The position numbers and the translations under genes were made by a program. The notes beneath the pieces are model-generated. The model had not been told where the DNA came from. It saw only the letters and a program-made list of their open reading frames with translations, and did no database searches. Positions 9,833 to 19,747 of a stretch of 64,000 bases of DNA are shown piece after piece. Origin of the DNA: Patescibacteria group bacterium (GTDB taxonomy: Bacteria; Patescibacteriota; Microgenomatia; UBA10105; UBA927); the NCBI GenBank assembly GCA_038062895.1, contig JBBTWJ010000003.1, forward strand, positions 27,474 through 91,473, read 5' to 3'. The first letter of the stretch is position 1. Every line of letters begins with the position of its first letter.

Positions 9833-11491
9833 TTAGCGATCAGCGATACGTATGGCCTCTTTTCCATCCAGATAATTGATCGTCAATAGGTTCGCAGCAG
9901 ACATTTCCTTAGGAGTACCGATAAATAATGTTTTTCCGTCCTTGGTCTCGCTATCCCAATGGATCGGCCGGAATTCATACCGGTCGAATTTGTTTTTTAT
10001 CTCGGCGAACCCACCGGATGACGTCCCTCCTTCAGACAAGTATTTGGCAGGGTCGTATTTGAGGAAGTAGAGAAAAAACATGTGTGGCTGTTCCAGCTTG
10101 GTCGATACGACTACCTTCGTGTACCCGGCACCTTCTTTTTGTGCATAATCCACCGCCTGCTTGTACCCGTATTGCCAATACTCGGAAACCTCCCGGTTCA
10201 TATGAGAAAAATACATATGAAGGAAATACATAATATTAATAACAAATAATAAAATAAACGAATAAGTAAATAAACGAATAAAAAAGGAACGTTTGTTATC
10301 TTCATGCCAACGCAATGCCTGTAGCACGCCGAAGGCGGTAAACACCTGAAACGTGGGCAGAAAAACGAGAGTGCGGATTGCGTGGGGCAATCCCGTCGTG
10401 GGTGAAGCTGCAACCGGTGCCAACAAAAACCAGCCGATCATTATTTTTGAGAATTTTCCTCCCTGCTTACCGACCGTCATCATACCCCACAGGAGAAACG
10501 GCAGCTCTGCAAGGTATAAAAGTCCCATATCCGGCGCATGATGACGTGGATTGTCTCCGGTCACGAACAACCACCGGAACGAAAAATGAGAAAGATAACC
10601 ATCTAGAATTGTTGTAGCCCACACAATCCGCCGGTTATCAAATAGAACACCAAGAAGATTACCGGATTTGCCATCCTGGTCGAGCTTGCGGACACTTTTA
10701 GCAAGTAATCCTGTTTGGTCCGCGAGTGAACTCGTTCCCCGAAGCCTCATGATAGTTGTAGGATTGAGAAGCACCGTAAGAAGCGGTGCAATGGTTAGGA
10801 TACCAACGAGCACCCCGACCACTACGGATCGCTTCTGCATCAATAACTCCTTCCGGTATATCCACGTCAGGAGCAGCACAAGAAGCGGAACAAATATTCT
10901 CTCGCTGTGATAGGCATACAGCCCTAGCCCAAACAAAAAGGAGCTTGCTAAAAGCATTCTCTTTTGCTGTAAACCTTTTAGAAATGCCCACACCGCCCAA
11001 ATATTTATCGTCACCCCAATATTGGCTTCAAAAGCGATACGAGAAAACTGGATATGCCAGGGGGAAAGAGCCAACAAAAGCGAAGCTATTGTTGGCAAGT
11101 AAAAAGTCTGTAAAGTCGAAAGTCCATAAAGTTTATTAAATTTTTCCCGAGTTAATTCCTTCACTAAAAAATATGTTCCCAAAACCGCTAAAATGCCTGC
11201 AATCGCAGAAGGAAGACGTACGGCCCAGGTTTCCAAACCAAATACAGCAACGGCAGGAAGCGCAAGATACATATAAAGTGGAGGCTTGTAATCATCGTAC
11301 GAACGAAGTGAAAGTGGAAACCAGGTACTGTATTCATCGCGGCCGGTTTTTAATACCGAATACGCGTTATACCCTAAAGCCGCCTCATCCCAATCCGGAC
11401 TTGGAGGAATAGTTCCCAATTGCCACAACCGGAGCATCGCGGCTAGCACCACAATCATGAGTAGCGCAACCTTATTATTCATAGTTTTCAT
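9833..11491 (-). CDS. ArnT/GT39/GT83-like GT-C glycosyltransferase
   Basis: DWDEAALGYNAYSVLKTGRDE, DYKPPLY, VRLPSA and SPWHIQFSR motifs. Confidence 0.85.
   Translation of the reverse strand: MKTMNNKVALLMIVVLAAMLRLWQLGTIPPSPDWDEAALGYNAYSVLKTGRDEYSTWFPLSLRSYDDYKPPLYMYLALPAVAVFGLETWAVRLPSAIAGILAVLGTYFLVKELTREKFNKLYGLSTLQTFYLPTIASLLLALSPWHIQFSRIAFEANIGVTINIWAVWAFLKGLQQKRMLLASSFLFGLGLYAYHSERIFVPLLVLLLTWIYRKELLMQKRSVVVGVLVGILTIAPLLTVLLNPTTIMRLRGTSSLADQTGLLAKSVRKLDQDGKSGNLLGVLFDNRRIVWATTILDGYLSHFSFRWLFVTGDNPRHHAPDMGLLYLAELPFLLWGMMTVGKQGGKFSKIMIGWFLLAPVAASPTTGLPHAIRTLVFLPTFQVFTAFGVLQALRWHEDNKRSFFIRLFTYSFILLFVINIMYFLHMYFSHMNREVSEYWQYGYKQAVDYAQKEGAGYTKVVVSTKLEQPHMFFLYFLKYDPAKYLSEGGTSSGGFAEIKNKFDRYEFRPIHWDSETKDGKTLFIGTPKEMSAANLLTINYLDGKEAIRIADR
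10253..10284. repeat. Octamer repeat (AATAAACG-like)x4 inside a CDS
   Basis: aataaacg aataagta aataaacg aataaaaa, encoding FIRLFTYSFI. Confidence 0.6.
11097..11134. repeat. AAAGT repeat with alternating 7/9-nt spacing inside a CDS
   Basis: AAGT/AAAGT cores end at 11100, 11107, 11116, 11123 and 11132; encodes KLYGLSTLQTFYL. Confidence 0.6.
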
Positions 11492-13224
11492 GGTTTATCA
11501 AAAAGAACGAAAGCAGTTTCCCCATTGAGACGCTTAATGGTCGACAAAATACGTTCTCCCCCGGGCGCTTCACTGGACAAAGCCACGTAGAGTATCCCGC
11601 GGTCAAAGGATCCGATTCCTTTATCGGTAAATCTATATTTCCCAAATCCGAAGACATGATAAAATCCGGCCGCATCAAACGTGGATTTCTTCGACGCGAG
11701 ATACGCGGATGGATCCGTTCGTGTAAAAAAAAGTGTATACATGTATGATCTTCCGTACGCTTCGCTGAGGACTACCCCATCATACGAGTCCTCAAATTGT
11801 TGCATCTGGGCAATGGCCTGCTTGTATCCATACTGCCACTCGGCAGAATATTCCTGGGCATAGTGATTGAAGTAGTTATGCCAGAAGTAAGAAAAACTTG
11901 CTATAAACAATAAGCAATAAACAATAAACACGAGATTACTTTTGACTTTTTCAGCCAAAGGCTGATCCGCCTCTGGAGGAGACTTTTGACTTTTGACTAG
12001 GGCTATCAATCCATACGCGGTGAAAATATGCCATACCGGCAAAGTATTTTCGATCCGAAGTGCATGCGGCGTCTCCCGTGCCACTCCTGCCGGCAATATC
12101 GCAAGTACGATCCAAAGAATGAGCGTCCACGCTAATTTCGTATCAACCGCAAACAACCGATAGATTCCGTAGACGAGAAACGGCGCTTCGATAAGATACA
12201 ACTGCCCCACGTCTTGAAGCGAAAACTTCGGATTACCATCTCCCCGGATAAAAAGAAACCAAGGCTGCAAGTGATCAAAGAGATGCTTGAGATATTCGAT
12301 ACCAAACCCAACTCTCCGATTGTGAAAAATTCTTGCAAAAAATGTATTACCATCCACGGCCATCCGATCGTTAGATTTCTCAATGATCGACAGGTCTGAA
12401 AAAATATTGACTTCGGTAAACCGGAGTCTGGCTTCCGGCGAAACCAAATGGGGCATGAGCGGAGCCAGAAGAATAAGTCCCAAAAAAATGCCCACGAGGG
12501 CATAGCGTTTATATGCCCATATCTTGTCCCGAATCCAAAAAAAGAATAACAGAGCAAGAAATGGTGCCACGTACCGAGCGCTATTAAAGGTATACATAGC
12601 CAGCACAAACGGCATCCAGCAAACCATAAGAACACGCGGTCTTTCTCGGGAGAGCAAAACAAGCCATATACCGAACAACAGAATGGTAAGTGCAATATTT
12701 GCCTCCCACCCGGCCCGGGAGAGCTGAATATGCCAAGGCGATACCGCCAGCAAAAACGCACTAAGGAGTGCTATTGCTTGCAAATTCCAATTTTCAAATT
12801 CCAAATTCCAAAATTTTGGCGCTTGGTGCTTGCTTGGTATTTGATGCTTGATGCTTGGTGCTTCCTGACGAAAAAGCTCTAACACCAATAGATACGTGAG
12901 CAATACAGCGAGCGTGCCGGCTATAACCGACGGCAATCGCACCGCGAGTTCCGTAAGACCAAAAACTGCAATAAACGGGACCGTGAGGTAAACCGCAAGT
13001 GGGGGTTTGTAATCTCCGTAACCCACGAACGTATCTATCGGCAGAAATCTTCCATGCTCATCCTTCCCCGTTTTCAGAATACTATATGCGTTATATCCTA
13101 TGGATACTTCATCCCAAGATAAAGAAGGCGGTACGCTTGAAACGCCGATGAAACGAATATATGCAGCTATGACAACGATGGCAATCAAAAAAAAATGATC
13201 CCTTAATAGTTTCCGGAATTTCAT
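11488..13224 (-). CDS. ArnT/GT39/GT83-like GT-C glycosyltransferase
   Basis: SWDEVSIGYNAYSILKTGKDE, DYKPPL and SPWHIQLSR motifs; paralog of 9833..11491; carries repeat-derived insertions. Confidence 0.85.
   Translation of the reverse strand: MKFRKLLRDHFFLIAIVVIAAYIRFIGVSSVPPSLSWDEVSIGYNAYSILKTGKDEHGRFLPIDTFVGYGDYKPPLAVYLTVPFIAVFGLTELAVRLPSVIAGTLAVLLTYLLVLELFRQEAPSIKHQIPSKHQAPKFWNLEFENWNLQAIALLSAFLLAVSPWHIQLSRAGWEANIALTILLFGIWLVLLSRERPRVLMVCWMPFVLAMYTFNSARYVAPFLALLFFFWIRDKIWAYKRYALVGIFLGLILLAPLMPHLVSPEARLRFTEVNIFSDLSIIEKSNDRMAVDGNTFFARIFHNRRVGFGIEYLKHLFDHLQPWFLFIRGDGNPKFSLQDVGQLYLIEAPFLVYGIYRLFAVDTKLAWTLILWIVLAILPAGVARETPHALRIENTLPVWHIFTAYGLIALVKSQKSPPEADQPLAEKVKSNLVFIVYCLLFIASFSYFWHNYFNHYAQEYSAEWQYGYKQAIAQMQQFEDSYDGVVLSEAYGRSYMYTLFFTRTDPSAYLASKKSTFDAAGFYHVFGFGKYRFTDKGIGSFDRGILYVALSSEAPGGERILSTIKRLNGETAFVLFDKP
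11903..11997. repeat. (ATAARCA)x4, then (ACTTTTG)n interrupted by a 30-nt double-hairpin cassette at 11951-11980
   Basis: tcagcc-aaa-ggctga plus tccgcc-tct-ggagga, encoding KSQKSPPEADQPLAEKVKS. Confidence 0.85.
12781..12861. repeat. Two abutting heptamer arrays, (CAAATTC)n then (TTGRTGC)n, loosely inverted, in frame
   Basis: Encodes the insert APSIKHQIPSKHQAPKFWNLEFENWNL, which paralogs 16348 and 18031 lack. Confidence 0.85.
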
Positions 13225-14510
13225 ATCTCTCCCTCATCCCACGCTTTCACTCCACCTAATAAAAACAGCGTTGATAAAAATAACACGTGACTGTTGTTAA
13301 AGTACCGGCTCGTATACCAAATGATCAAAAGAAAAAAACTATATCCAAATAATAATCGGTGGATAGAAGGCTTTTGTCTTATATACCAACATGCCCATAA
13401 TGCCGTTGGAATACCGAGGGCAGCCTGCCATAGGACAAAAGGATAATATGCGTGGATATCTCTGATGATCCCAAATCCGTATAACACCATTCCTAAACCG
13501 TATCCGGATACGGGATAACTATGGGGAGAATTACCGCTTAGATAAAATACGGTACTTCTCACATAAGCACCCGCATCCCATAGAAGAAAAGGCAACAAGA
13601 TGCCCCCGGCGACTATGCCGATGGCGATCAAAACTTTCAGCATTGGGAGGCCCGGACGTTTATTTGAAAACCAAATATATCCCAGATAAAACGGTGCAGC
13701 AAACCATATTGTCTGCTTGGAAACAAGCGCCAGTCCAAATAGTGCTGCAGAAACGAGAAGACGTTTTTTTTCCAAAAAGTATAATGCCAATAAAAACCAA
13801 AATAGGGCAAACGAATCGCTTCTGCCTTCAATAAAAAAATTGACGGCTCCCGGGGCAAAGGTAAAAAGAATAATCCCCAAACGTGCAATTCTTTTATTAT
13901 TGGTCCATTTCCACAGTACGATTAATGTGCCGATAAATGTAAAAACAAGAATCTCCCGACCATCAAAATATCCCAGTGTACGATGGGATAGAGTCCAAAT
14001 CGGATAAGACGAAATCAAATACCATGGCGGCATAACAAAGTTATAGAGCGCCGGATTAACCGCAATGTTTCCAAGCTCGCGGTATTCCCATTGTGCGAGC
14101 GGGGTTTGGAAATATGTCTCATAATATGGATTTTTCCCTTGGGCTAAAAAGCCAATCCCCGATTCTAATTGCAAAATGATGTCATGGACTTCGTTGGGGC
14201 CTCCGGGTGCATTCTTCCCTCTATTGATTATTGACGTCACAAGCGCTGCTCCCACCGTAAGCATGATGACTATACATACCACCGCCGTTTGAACCTTTTC
14301 GAATAATTTCTTATTTATTTGTGAAGCCAACAACGAAAAAACAATGTTTCCGAAAACAAGAATATAAATAATACTAAAAAGCCAATAAGGAGTTGGATCA
14401 ACTGGCAAAATTCGATACGAGAACGGCAATGGAAGAGCAAGAACAGCGAGGAGTACAGCGTCAAAAACAACAGGCATACTAAGCTTCATTCTACGCGAGA
14501 AGCCAATCAT
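13221..14510 (-). CDS. GT87-like / GT-C membrane glycosyltransferase
   Basis: VHD...GKNPY, EGRSD, SKQT and SRYFNNSH motifs; multi-TM; start may be 14489. Confidence 0.6.
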   Translation of the reverse strand: MIGFSRRMKLSMPVVFDAVLLAVLALPLPFSYRILPVDPTPYWLFSIIYILVFGNIVFSLLASQINKKLFEKVQTAVVCIVIMLTVGAALVTSIINRGKNAPGGPNEVHDIILQLESGIGFLAQGKNPYYETYFQTPLAQWEYRELGNIAVNPALYNFVMPPWYLISSYPIWTLSHRTLGYFDGREILVFTFIGTLIVLWKWTNNKRIARLGIILFTFAPGAVNFFIEGRSDSFALFWFLLALYFLEKKRLLVSAALFGLALVSKQTIWFAAPFYLGYIWFSNKRPGLPMLKVLIAIGIVAGGILLPFLLWDAGAYVRSTVFYLSGNSPHSYPVSGYGLGMVLYGFGIIRDIHAYYPFVLWQAALGIPTALWACWYIRQKPSIHRLLFGYSFFLLIIWYTSRYFNNSHVLFLSTLFLLGGVKAWDEGEI

Positions 14511-14552
14511 TTGGCAATACTATCCCGCCTCATGTATGATGAGTCATGCAGT

Positions 14553-16292
14553 ATGATCAGAAAAAATAGTTTTGTATTTGCTCTGTACCTAGCTCTCGCC
14601 GTCGTTCTCACTTGGCCACTCGCACTCTCCGGGTGGGATCACGTCATCAATGCCGGCGATCCGCTCTTTTATGCATGGAACCTCATGCATAATTTCCGGT
14701 CAATCGGAAGTGGACTCGGCAATATACTTGATACGAATATTTACTACCCGACGCCGAACACGCTTGCGCTCTCCGACACATTGCTTGCCCAAACAATACT
14801 CACCTATCCCATAATTTGGCTTACCAATAATCCAATTTTCGCTATCAATATCTATACGCTCCTCACCTTCCCTATCGCGGGATTAGGCATGTATCTTCTC
14901 GTCACATCTCTCGTCAAAAATGAATGGGCAGCATGGCTTAGCGGCGCTCTGTTCGCTTACTCGATGTCCCGCTTCGGACAAATATCCCATCTACCGGCGT
15001 TGAGCAGCCAATGGCTCCCATATTATTTCTATGGACTGTATTGGTTTCTCCGGGAAGGCAAATTCCGTAACATCACTGCAGCCATGATCTCTTTTCTCCT
15101 CCTTCTGAGCTCTACCGTATATTTGGGTGTTTTCGCCGTCGTTGTCTCCATCGTTACGGTTGGTGCATTCCTTATCTCTTGGGTCAGAAATCATCAGATG
15201 TCTATCGCTTGGGCCCGTTTCAAGATGTCGCTTCTTCCTCTGGGTTTTATCACTATTGCCTCCCTCATTCTCATGTATCCATACATTCGCCTAAAAGCGG
15301 AACATCCGGAAATCACCCGATCACTGGAAGAATCCTCTGCCAGAGCCGCCTATCAACAAGACTATTTTGCCGTGACCAAAACAAGCATCCTCTCACCAAT
15401 CCTCAAAACTGATGAGGGGGAACGAACGCTGTATCCGACCATTACCCTCCTCCTGCTTGCCGGATTAGGCATGACGCAATGGAAGAAAAAAACATACCGG
15501 TTTTCTATCATGCTGTCTTTTTTGATCACGCTCACCGGTCTCATCCTATCTTTTGGGCCGGAGCGGCCGTTTTCCATCGGCTCTTTTTCTACTGGCTATA
15601 TCACGCTTCCCTACGCATATCTCTATAAAATTTTTCCGCTGCTTCAAATTCTTCGAGTTCCCGCACGATTTTCTATCGTGTTTCTTCTCGGGCTCTGCAT
15701 GCTTGCGGGATTCGGTGTGGCTTCAATCCGCAATCCCAAAGGTAAGACAAAATTTCAAATGGCAACGCTTGGCTTTATTTGTCTCATTTTTTTCCTCGAA
15801 ATATGGCAATTGCCACTGTCGCTTGTAAAAGTTCCTACCTATACCAACGTCCCGCTTATCTATCAATGGCTTCAACAGCAACAAAACGTGCAGGCTATCA
15901 TAGAGCTACCGATTGGCAATATTGAGACTGGGATAATTCCTATAGATAAACAGGTGACACTTCGCTACGAGGATCTTACCGGGGATAGCCCGTTGGCGAC
16001 GGAAACATACCGTGTATACTTTGCGGGGTTTCACAATAAAAAAACAGTCAATGGCTACAGCGGTTATGTAGCACAAAGCTTCCACGACGCTGTTGATGCC
16101 ACGGCTTCATTCCCGAGCTCCTCTTCCATCGAGTATTTACGATCTCAAGGTGTTTCACACATCATTGTCCACCCCAGGCAATTACCTCCGGAAAAACGCG
16201 GACAATTTATCATCGACCCAAACCATCCGGAGCTCCAAGTAAGATTTTCCACTCTTGACGGTGATATTGTTTATGAAATCAGGCATCAATAA
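14553..16292 (+). CDS. YfhO-related GT-C membrane protein
   Basis: GDPLFYAWNL...DTNIYYP..NTLALSD, LRVPARF and VNGYSGY motifs; start moved to MIRK (14553). Confidence 0.65.
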   Translation: MIRKNSFVFALYLALAVVLTWPLALSGWDHVINAGDPLFYAWNLMHNFRSIGSGLGNILDTNIYYPTPNTLALSDTLLAQTILTYPIIWLTNNPIFAINIYTLLTFPIAGLGMYLLVTSLVKNEWAAWLSGALFAYSMSRFGQISHLPALSSQWLPYYFYGLYWFLREGKFRNITAAMISFLLLLSSTVYLGVFAVVVSIVTVGAFLISWVRNHQMSIAWARFKMSLLPLGFITIASLILMYPYIRLKAEHPEITRSLEESSARAAYQQDYFAVTKTSILSPILKTDEGERTLYPTITLLLLAGLGMTQWKKKTYRFSIMLSFLITLTGLILSFGPERPFSIGSFSTGYITLPYAYLYKIFPLLQILRVPARFSIVFLLGLCMLAGFGVASIRNPKGKTKFQMATLGFICLIFFLEIWQLPLSLVKVPTYTNVPLIYQWLQQQQNVQAIIELPIGNIETGIIPIDKQVTLRYEDLTGDSPLATETYRVYFAGFHNKKTVNGYSGYVAQSFHDAVDATASFPSSSSIEYLRSQGVSHIIVHPRQLPPEKRGQFIIDPNHPELQVRFSTLDGDIVYEIRHQ

Positions 16293-16307
16293 TGCAAGGG
16301 AAACAAG

Positions 16308-16316
16308 TGCTATAAT
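16308..16316 (+). promoter_or_regulatory. Extended -10 promoter element (TGcTATAAT) upstream of 16348
   Basis: Perfect TGnTATAAT in a 55-nt intergenic gap. Confidence 0.55.
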
Positions 16317-16347
16317 CTCTCTGAGAAACCCGTAATTTACAACGAGT

Positions 16348-18045
16348 ATGAAGTCTAAATATACATGGATATTATTCGGAGTGATTTTACTGATCGCCTT
16401 TCTCCTCCGTTTTTATAAGCTCGGCGAGATTCCCAACGGACTGTATCAGGATGAAACCGCTATCGGATATAACGCCTACTCCATCCTGACCACCGGTCGA
16501 GACGAGCATAGCAGCCCATACCCACTCTACTTCAAATCGTTCGGAGACTGGAAATTACCAGTTTATATTTACTTGACCGCAGGATCCGTCCGATTATTCG
16601 GCTTAAACGGATTCTCTGTCCGGTTTCCTTCGGCATTATTCGGAGTGCTTTCCATAATAGTTTTGTATTTCTACATCCGCGCAATCACAAAGAATCCTAC
16701 TCTTGCCCTCCTGGCGAGCGGACTTCTTGCCATTAATCCGTGGCACGTATTCTACTCACGTGCGACGTTTGAAGTAAGTGTCGCACTATTCTTCTTTCTC
16801 GTTGGCGGGCTATTTCTTGATCTATCGCTCAACAACAGAAAAAAAGGCGCATTTATTGTATCCGTGCTTTCCTTTCTCATCGCCTTCTGGTCATATAATC
16901 TCACAAGACTATTAGCTCCAATGCTTTTTATACTACTCTTTCTTCAATACCGGAAACATTTGAACTATCTGTCCAAAATTGAAATAGGATTGACCCTGGC
17001 ATTTTCATCCATTATTTTATTCCCATTTTTCATTTCTCTTGGCCAAAGCGGTGGCAGCGCGTCAGCCACAGGAACGCTTATTGGCACGAGTGCGAGTGTC
17101 CAAGCGAAGCTTCTGGAATTTCGAAGTTACCTCATAGAGCTTCCGGCGCCAATCATAAAATTATTGTTTAATAAGTGGGCGCTTACCGGCTGGCAATACC
17201 TGACAAATATAGCCTCGTACCTATCCGTACCGTTCTTTTTTCTGACCGGATCCGATCATGGGAATCACGGAATCGGAACAAGTGGACTTTTTTACCTCTT
17301 TGAACTGCCGTTTCTCCTCATTGGAAGTATGTCACTAATACGACAGAAACTTCCATGGAGCTTGCATCTGGGCACATGGGCTCTAGCGACAGTTGCCGTC
17401 GCCTCACTCACCCGCGAATCACCACACGCTACGCGGAGCTTTTTCCTGACCATTCCTGTCGAAACTATCGTTGCGTGGGGACTTTTGACTACTATTTCTT
17501 ATTGGCGTTCACTGAAAAAAACGCCTCTATCATACATACTTGCTTTCGCATTATGCGTTGTTTTTGTATGGAACATCGCGCATTACTATACCTCCTATTT
17601 CGTCCGATTTCCTATAGCCTACGCACCGTCATGGAGATCAGCAGACAAGGACCTTTCGCTGTTCATCGCAGGAGCACAGCATAATTATGAAAAGGTTATT
17701 TTTGATAAAAAAGCCGGATTTATGTATACGTCGCTTCTTTTCTATGCTTCTTATCCTCCAAAAGAATTTCAGGAAACGGCAACATATGCACCGGATGATA
17801 CGGAAGGATTTAGTGAACTGCTCTCTTTTGGAACATACGAATTCCGGGAAATCGATTGGCACAAGGATCTGACGCCCGGCACCCTCATTATCACGGCGCC
17901 TCATCAAGTGCCCACGACGGAATCACTCATGCGCACATTTTCTTACCCGCGACGGCCTATTGTTCTTGCCCTCAAGCAATCGATAGCGCAATACCCCGTT
18001 GAGGAAGTAGCCTATGCGGCAGTCACCGCTTCATTTGGCAGGTAA
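16348..18045 (+). CDS. ArnT/GT39/GT83-like GT-C glycosyltransferase
   Basis: YQDETAIGYNAYSILTTGRDE, GDWKLP and NPWHVFYSR motifs. Confidence 0.85.
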   Translation: MKSKYTWILFGVILLIAFLLRFYKLGEIPNGLYQDETAIGYNAYSILTTGRDEHSSPYPLYFKSFGDWKLPVYIYLTAGSVRLFGLNGFSVRFPSALFGVLSIIVLYFYIRAITKNPTLALLASGLLAINPWHVFYSRATFEVSVALFFFLVGGLFLDLSLNNRKKGAFIVSVLSFLIAFWSYNLTRLLAPMLFILLFLQYRKHLNYLSKIEIGLTLAFSSIILFPFFISLGQSGGSASATGTLIGTSASVQAKLLEFRSYLIELPAPIIKLLFNKWALTGWQYLTNIASYLSVPFFFLTGSDHGNHGIGTSGLFYLFELPFLLIGSMSLIRQKLPWSLHLGTWALATVAVASLTRESPHATRSFFLTIPVETIVAWGLLTTISYWRSLKKTPLSYILAFALCVVFVWNIAHYYTSYFVRFPIAYAPSWRSADKDLSLFIAGAQHNYEKVIFDKKAGFMYTSLLFYASYPPKEFQETATYAPDDTEGFSELLSFGTYEFREIDWHKDLTPGTLIITAPHQVPTTESLMRTFSYPRRPIVLALKQSIAQYPVEEVAYAAVTASFGR

Positions 18046-19731
18046 CGTTTCTAATAACGGGATTACTCTTAATAGAGAAAACACAGGAAGCCCATCAGGT
18101 CGACTAATTGTGCGTATCACGCGGGCATTCGTCGGAACTTTACAATCACTTCTATTTACATAAAGCGTATCAAGGTCTCCATCAACCGGGCCACCATTAT
18201 TGTCCCCCAAGGGACAGTAGGTGCGACGAAAAGTGATATTTTGAAACTTCAGACCTTCCTGCTCTCTGGGCGAACCCAGCTGTTGAAAAACATAGGGGTC
18301 AAACTTTCCAAAAAATAAATAGAAAATGAAATTGTTATTTCCATCCGTAGTCACTACTGCCTGCTTATTCTCTTTTGTGTAATCCGTCACAGCCTGCACC
18401 AACTCTTCTTCGTTAGCACTTCGGTACCATGGCTCATGTATTTTCAGATGATGAAAGTAGTTATGGAAAAAAGAACCCGCATTGTACGTAAACAGCAACA
18501 TAACAACTCCTATTCCGATAACTTTAATGTATTTTGCTGTGACGGCATAATACAACTCATGCATCCCGAACGCACTCATCATCAGAAGTGCAGGAAGCAT
18601 AAGACTAGCGCGCTGGATATTAGGCGTGTCCTCCCATGTAAGTCCGGCTGGCAGTGCGCCAACAAAAAGCCACAGCAAGGGGATAAAATACAGGCTTTTT
18701 TTAGACTTTATGACGCCACTCAAAAAAATTGAAAACCCTGTAACAATAAATAATATATCCGTAAGATACAGGTTGCCTGACCAGGGGACTTTATAACGGA
18801 CCGGTAAACCAGTAGTTACAAAGAGGAATTCCCCCGAAAAATGCTGAAAATAAAAAGAAAGAAACCGATGTCCGTAGAGAAATAATTTGTTGTGAAAAAA
18901 CCGTGTGATGACAGGCAGCTGATGCTCGTCTTCTTCAATTTGTTTCAGGAGCTCCCACGTTGATCCGCCAGGGAAATTAAAAATGCTAATACTCGCCGGG
19001 CGGTCTGCTCCCCGGCTCAACATAAAAATAGCCGCAAGAGCGACTATCAAACTTACAAAAAATACATACACCCATTTCTTGACCGTTTGATTTGGTTTAT
19101 ACGCCAGAAAAAAAAGTGGAATCGACACAAGGAGAAAAACAGGAACGAATATCCTGGCCGCGTGATAAAACAGAAGGCTTAACGTATAAAATACAAAGCT
19201 CGAGAGCAATAACTTAGGAGTATCGGTTTTACTTTTTAACGTACGAATCAAATAAACAGTTCCAAGCATGATAAAAAACCCCGCGATGACGCTTTCCGAA
19301 GTTGCACGGGAAATGATGATATGCCAGGGAGAAAATGCAAGAAATATGCTTCCCAATGTCGCAATCGATCTTAATTGTAATATCTCAAGAATGAGATAAT
19401 AAAAAACGATAACCGATGCTGCGCCAAATAGTGCTGAAGGAAGCCGGGTCGCGAAAACGTCTAATCCAAAAATTCCCACAAAGGGAGCAGCAAGATAGTG
19501 ATATCCCGATGGTCTGTAATCACCAAACTGGTCAACCGTAAGAGATAGCAGCTGTCCGTTTTGATCTTTCCCGGTCTTTAATAAGGAATATGCATTATAC
19601 CCGATGCTTGCCTCATCTCCATGAAGCCCAACCGGCACTTCAGCAAGTTGCCACGTGCGAAGAAACAAAGCAATCAGAAAAATAATAATAAGATGCCAAG
19701 GTAATTGCTTTATTTTTTGTACTATTTGCAC
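18031..19731 (-). CDS. ArnT/GT39/GT83-like GT-C glycosyltransferase
   Basis: HGDEASIGYNAYSLLKTGKDQ and SPWHIIISR motifs; GTG start at 19731 preceded by AGGAG. Confidence 0.85.
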   Translation of the reverse strand: MQIVQKIKQLPWHLIIIFLIALFLRTWQLAEVPVGLHGDEASIGYNAYSLLKTGKDQNGQLLSLTVDQFGDYRPSGYHYLAAPFVGIFGLDVFATRLPSALFGAASVIVFYYLILEILQLRSIATLGSIFLAFSPWHIIISRATSESVIAGFFIMLGTVYLIRTLKSKTDTPKLLLSSFVFYTLSLLFYHAARIFVPVFLLVSIPLFFLAYKPNQTVKKWVYVFFVSLIVALAAIFMLSRGADRPASISIFNFPGGSTWELLKQIEEDEHQLPVITRFFHNKLFLYGHRFLSFYFQHFSGEFLFVTTGLPVRYKVPWSGNLYLTDILFIVTGFSIFLSGVIKSKKSLYFIPLLWLFVGALPAGLTWEDTPNIQRASLMLPALLMMSAFGMHELYYAVTAKYIKVIGIGVVMLLFTYNAGSFFHNYFHHLKIHEPWYRSANEEELVQAVTDYTKENKQAVVTTDGNNNFIFYLFFGKFDPYVFQQLGSPREQEGLKFQNITFRRTYCPLGDNNGGPVDGDLDTLYVNRSDCKVPTNARVIRTISRPDGLPVFSLLRVIPLLETLPAK

Positions 19732-19747
19732 AGAAATTTCTCCTATG

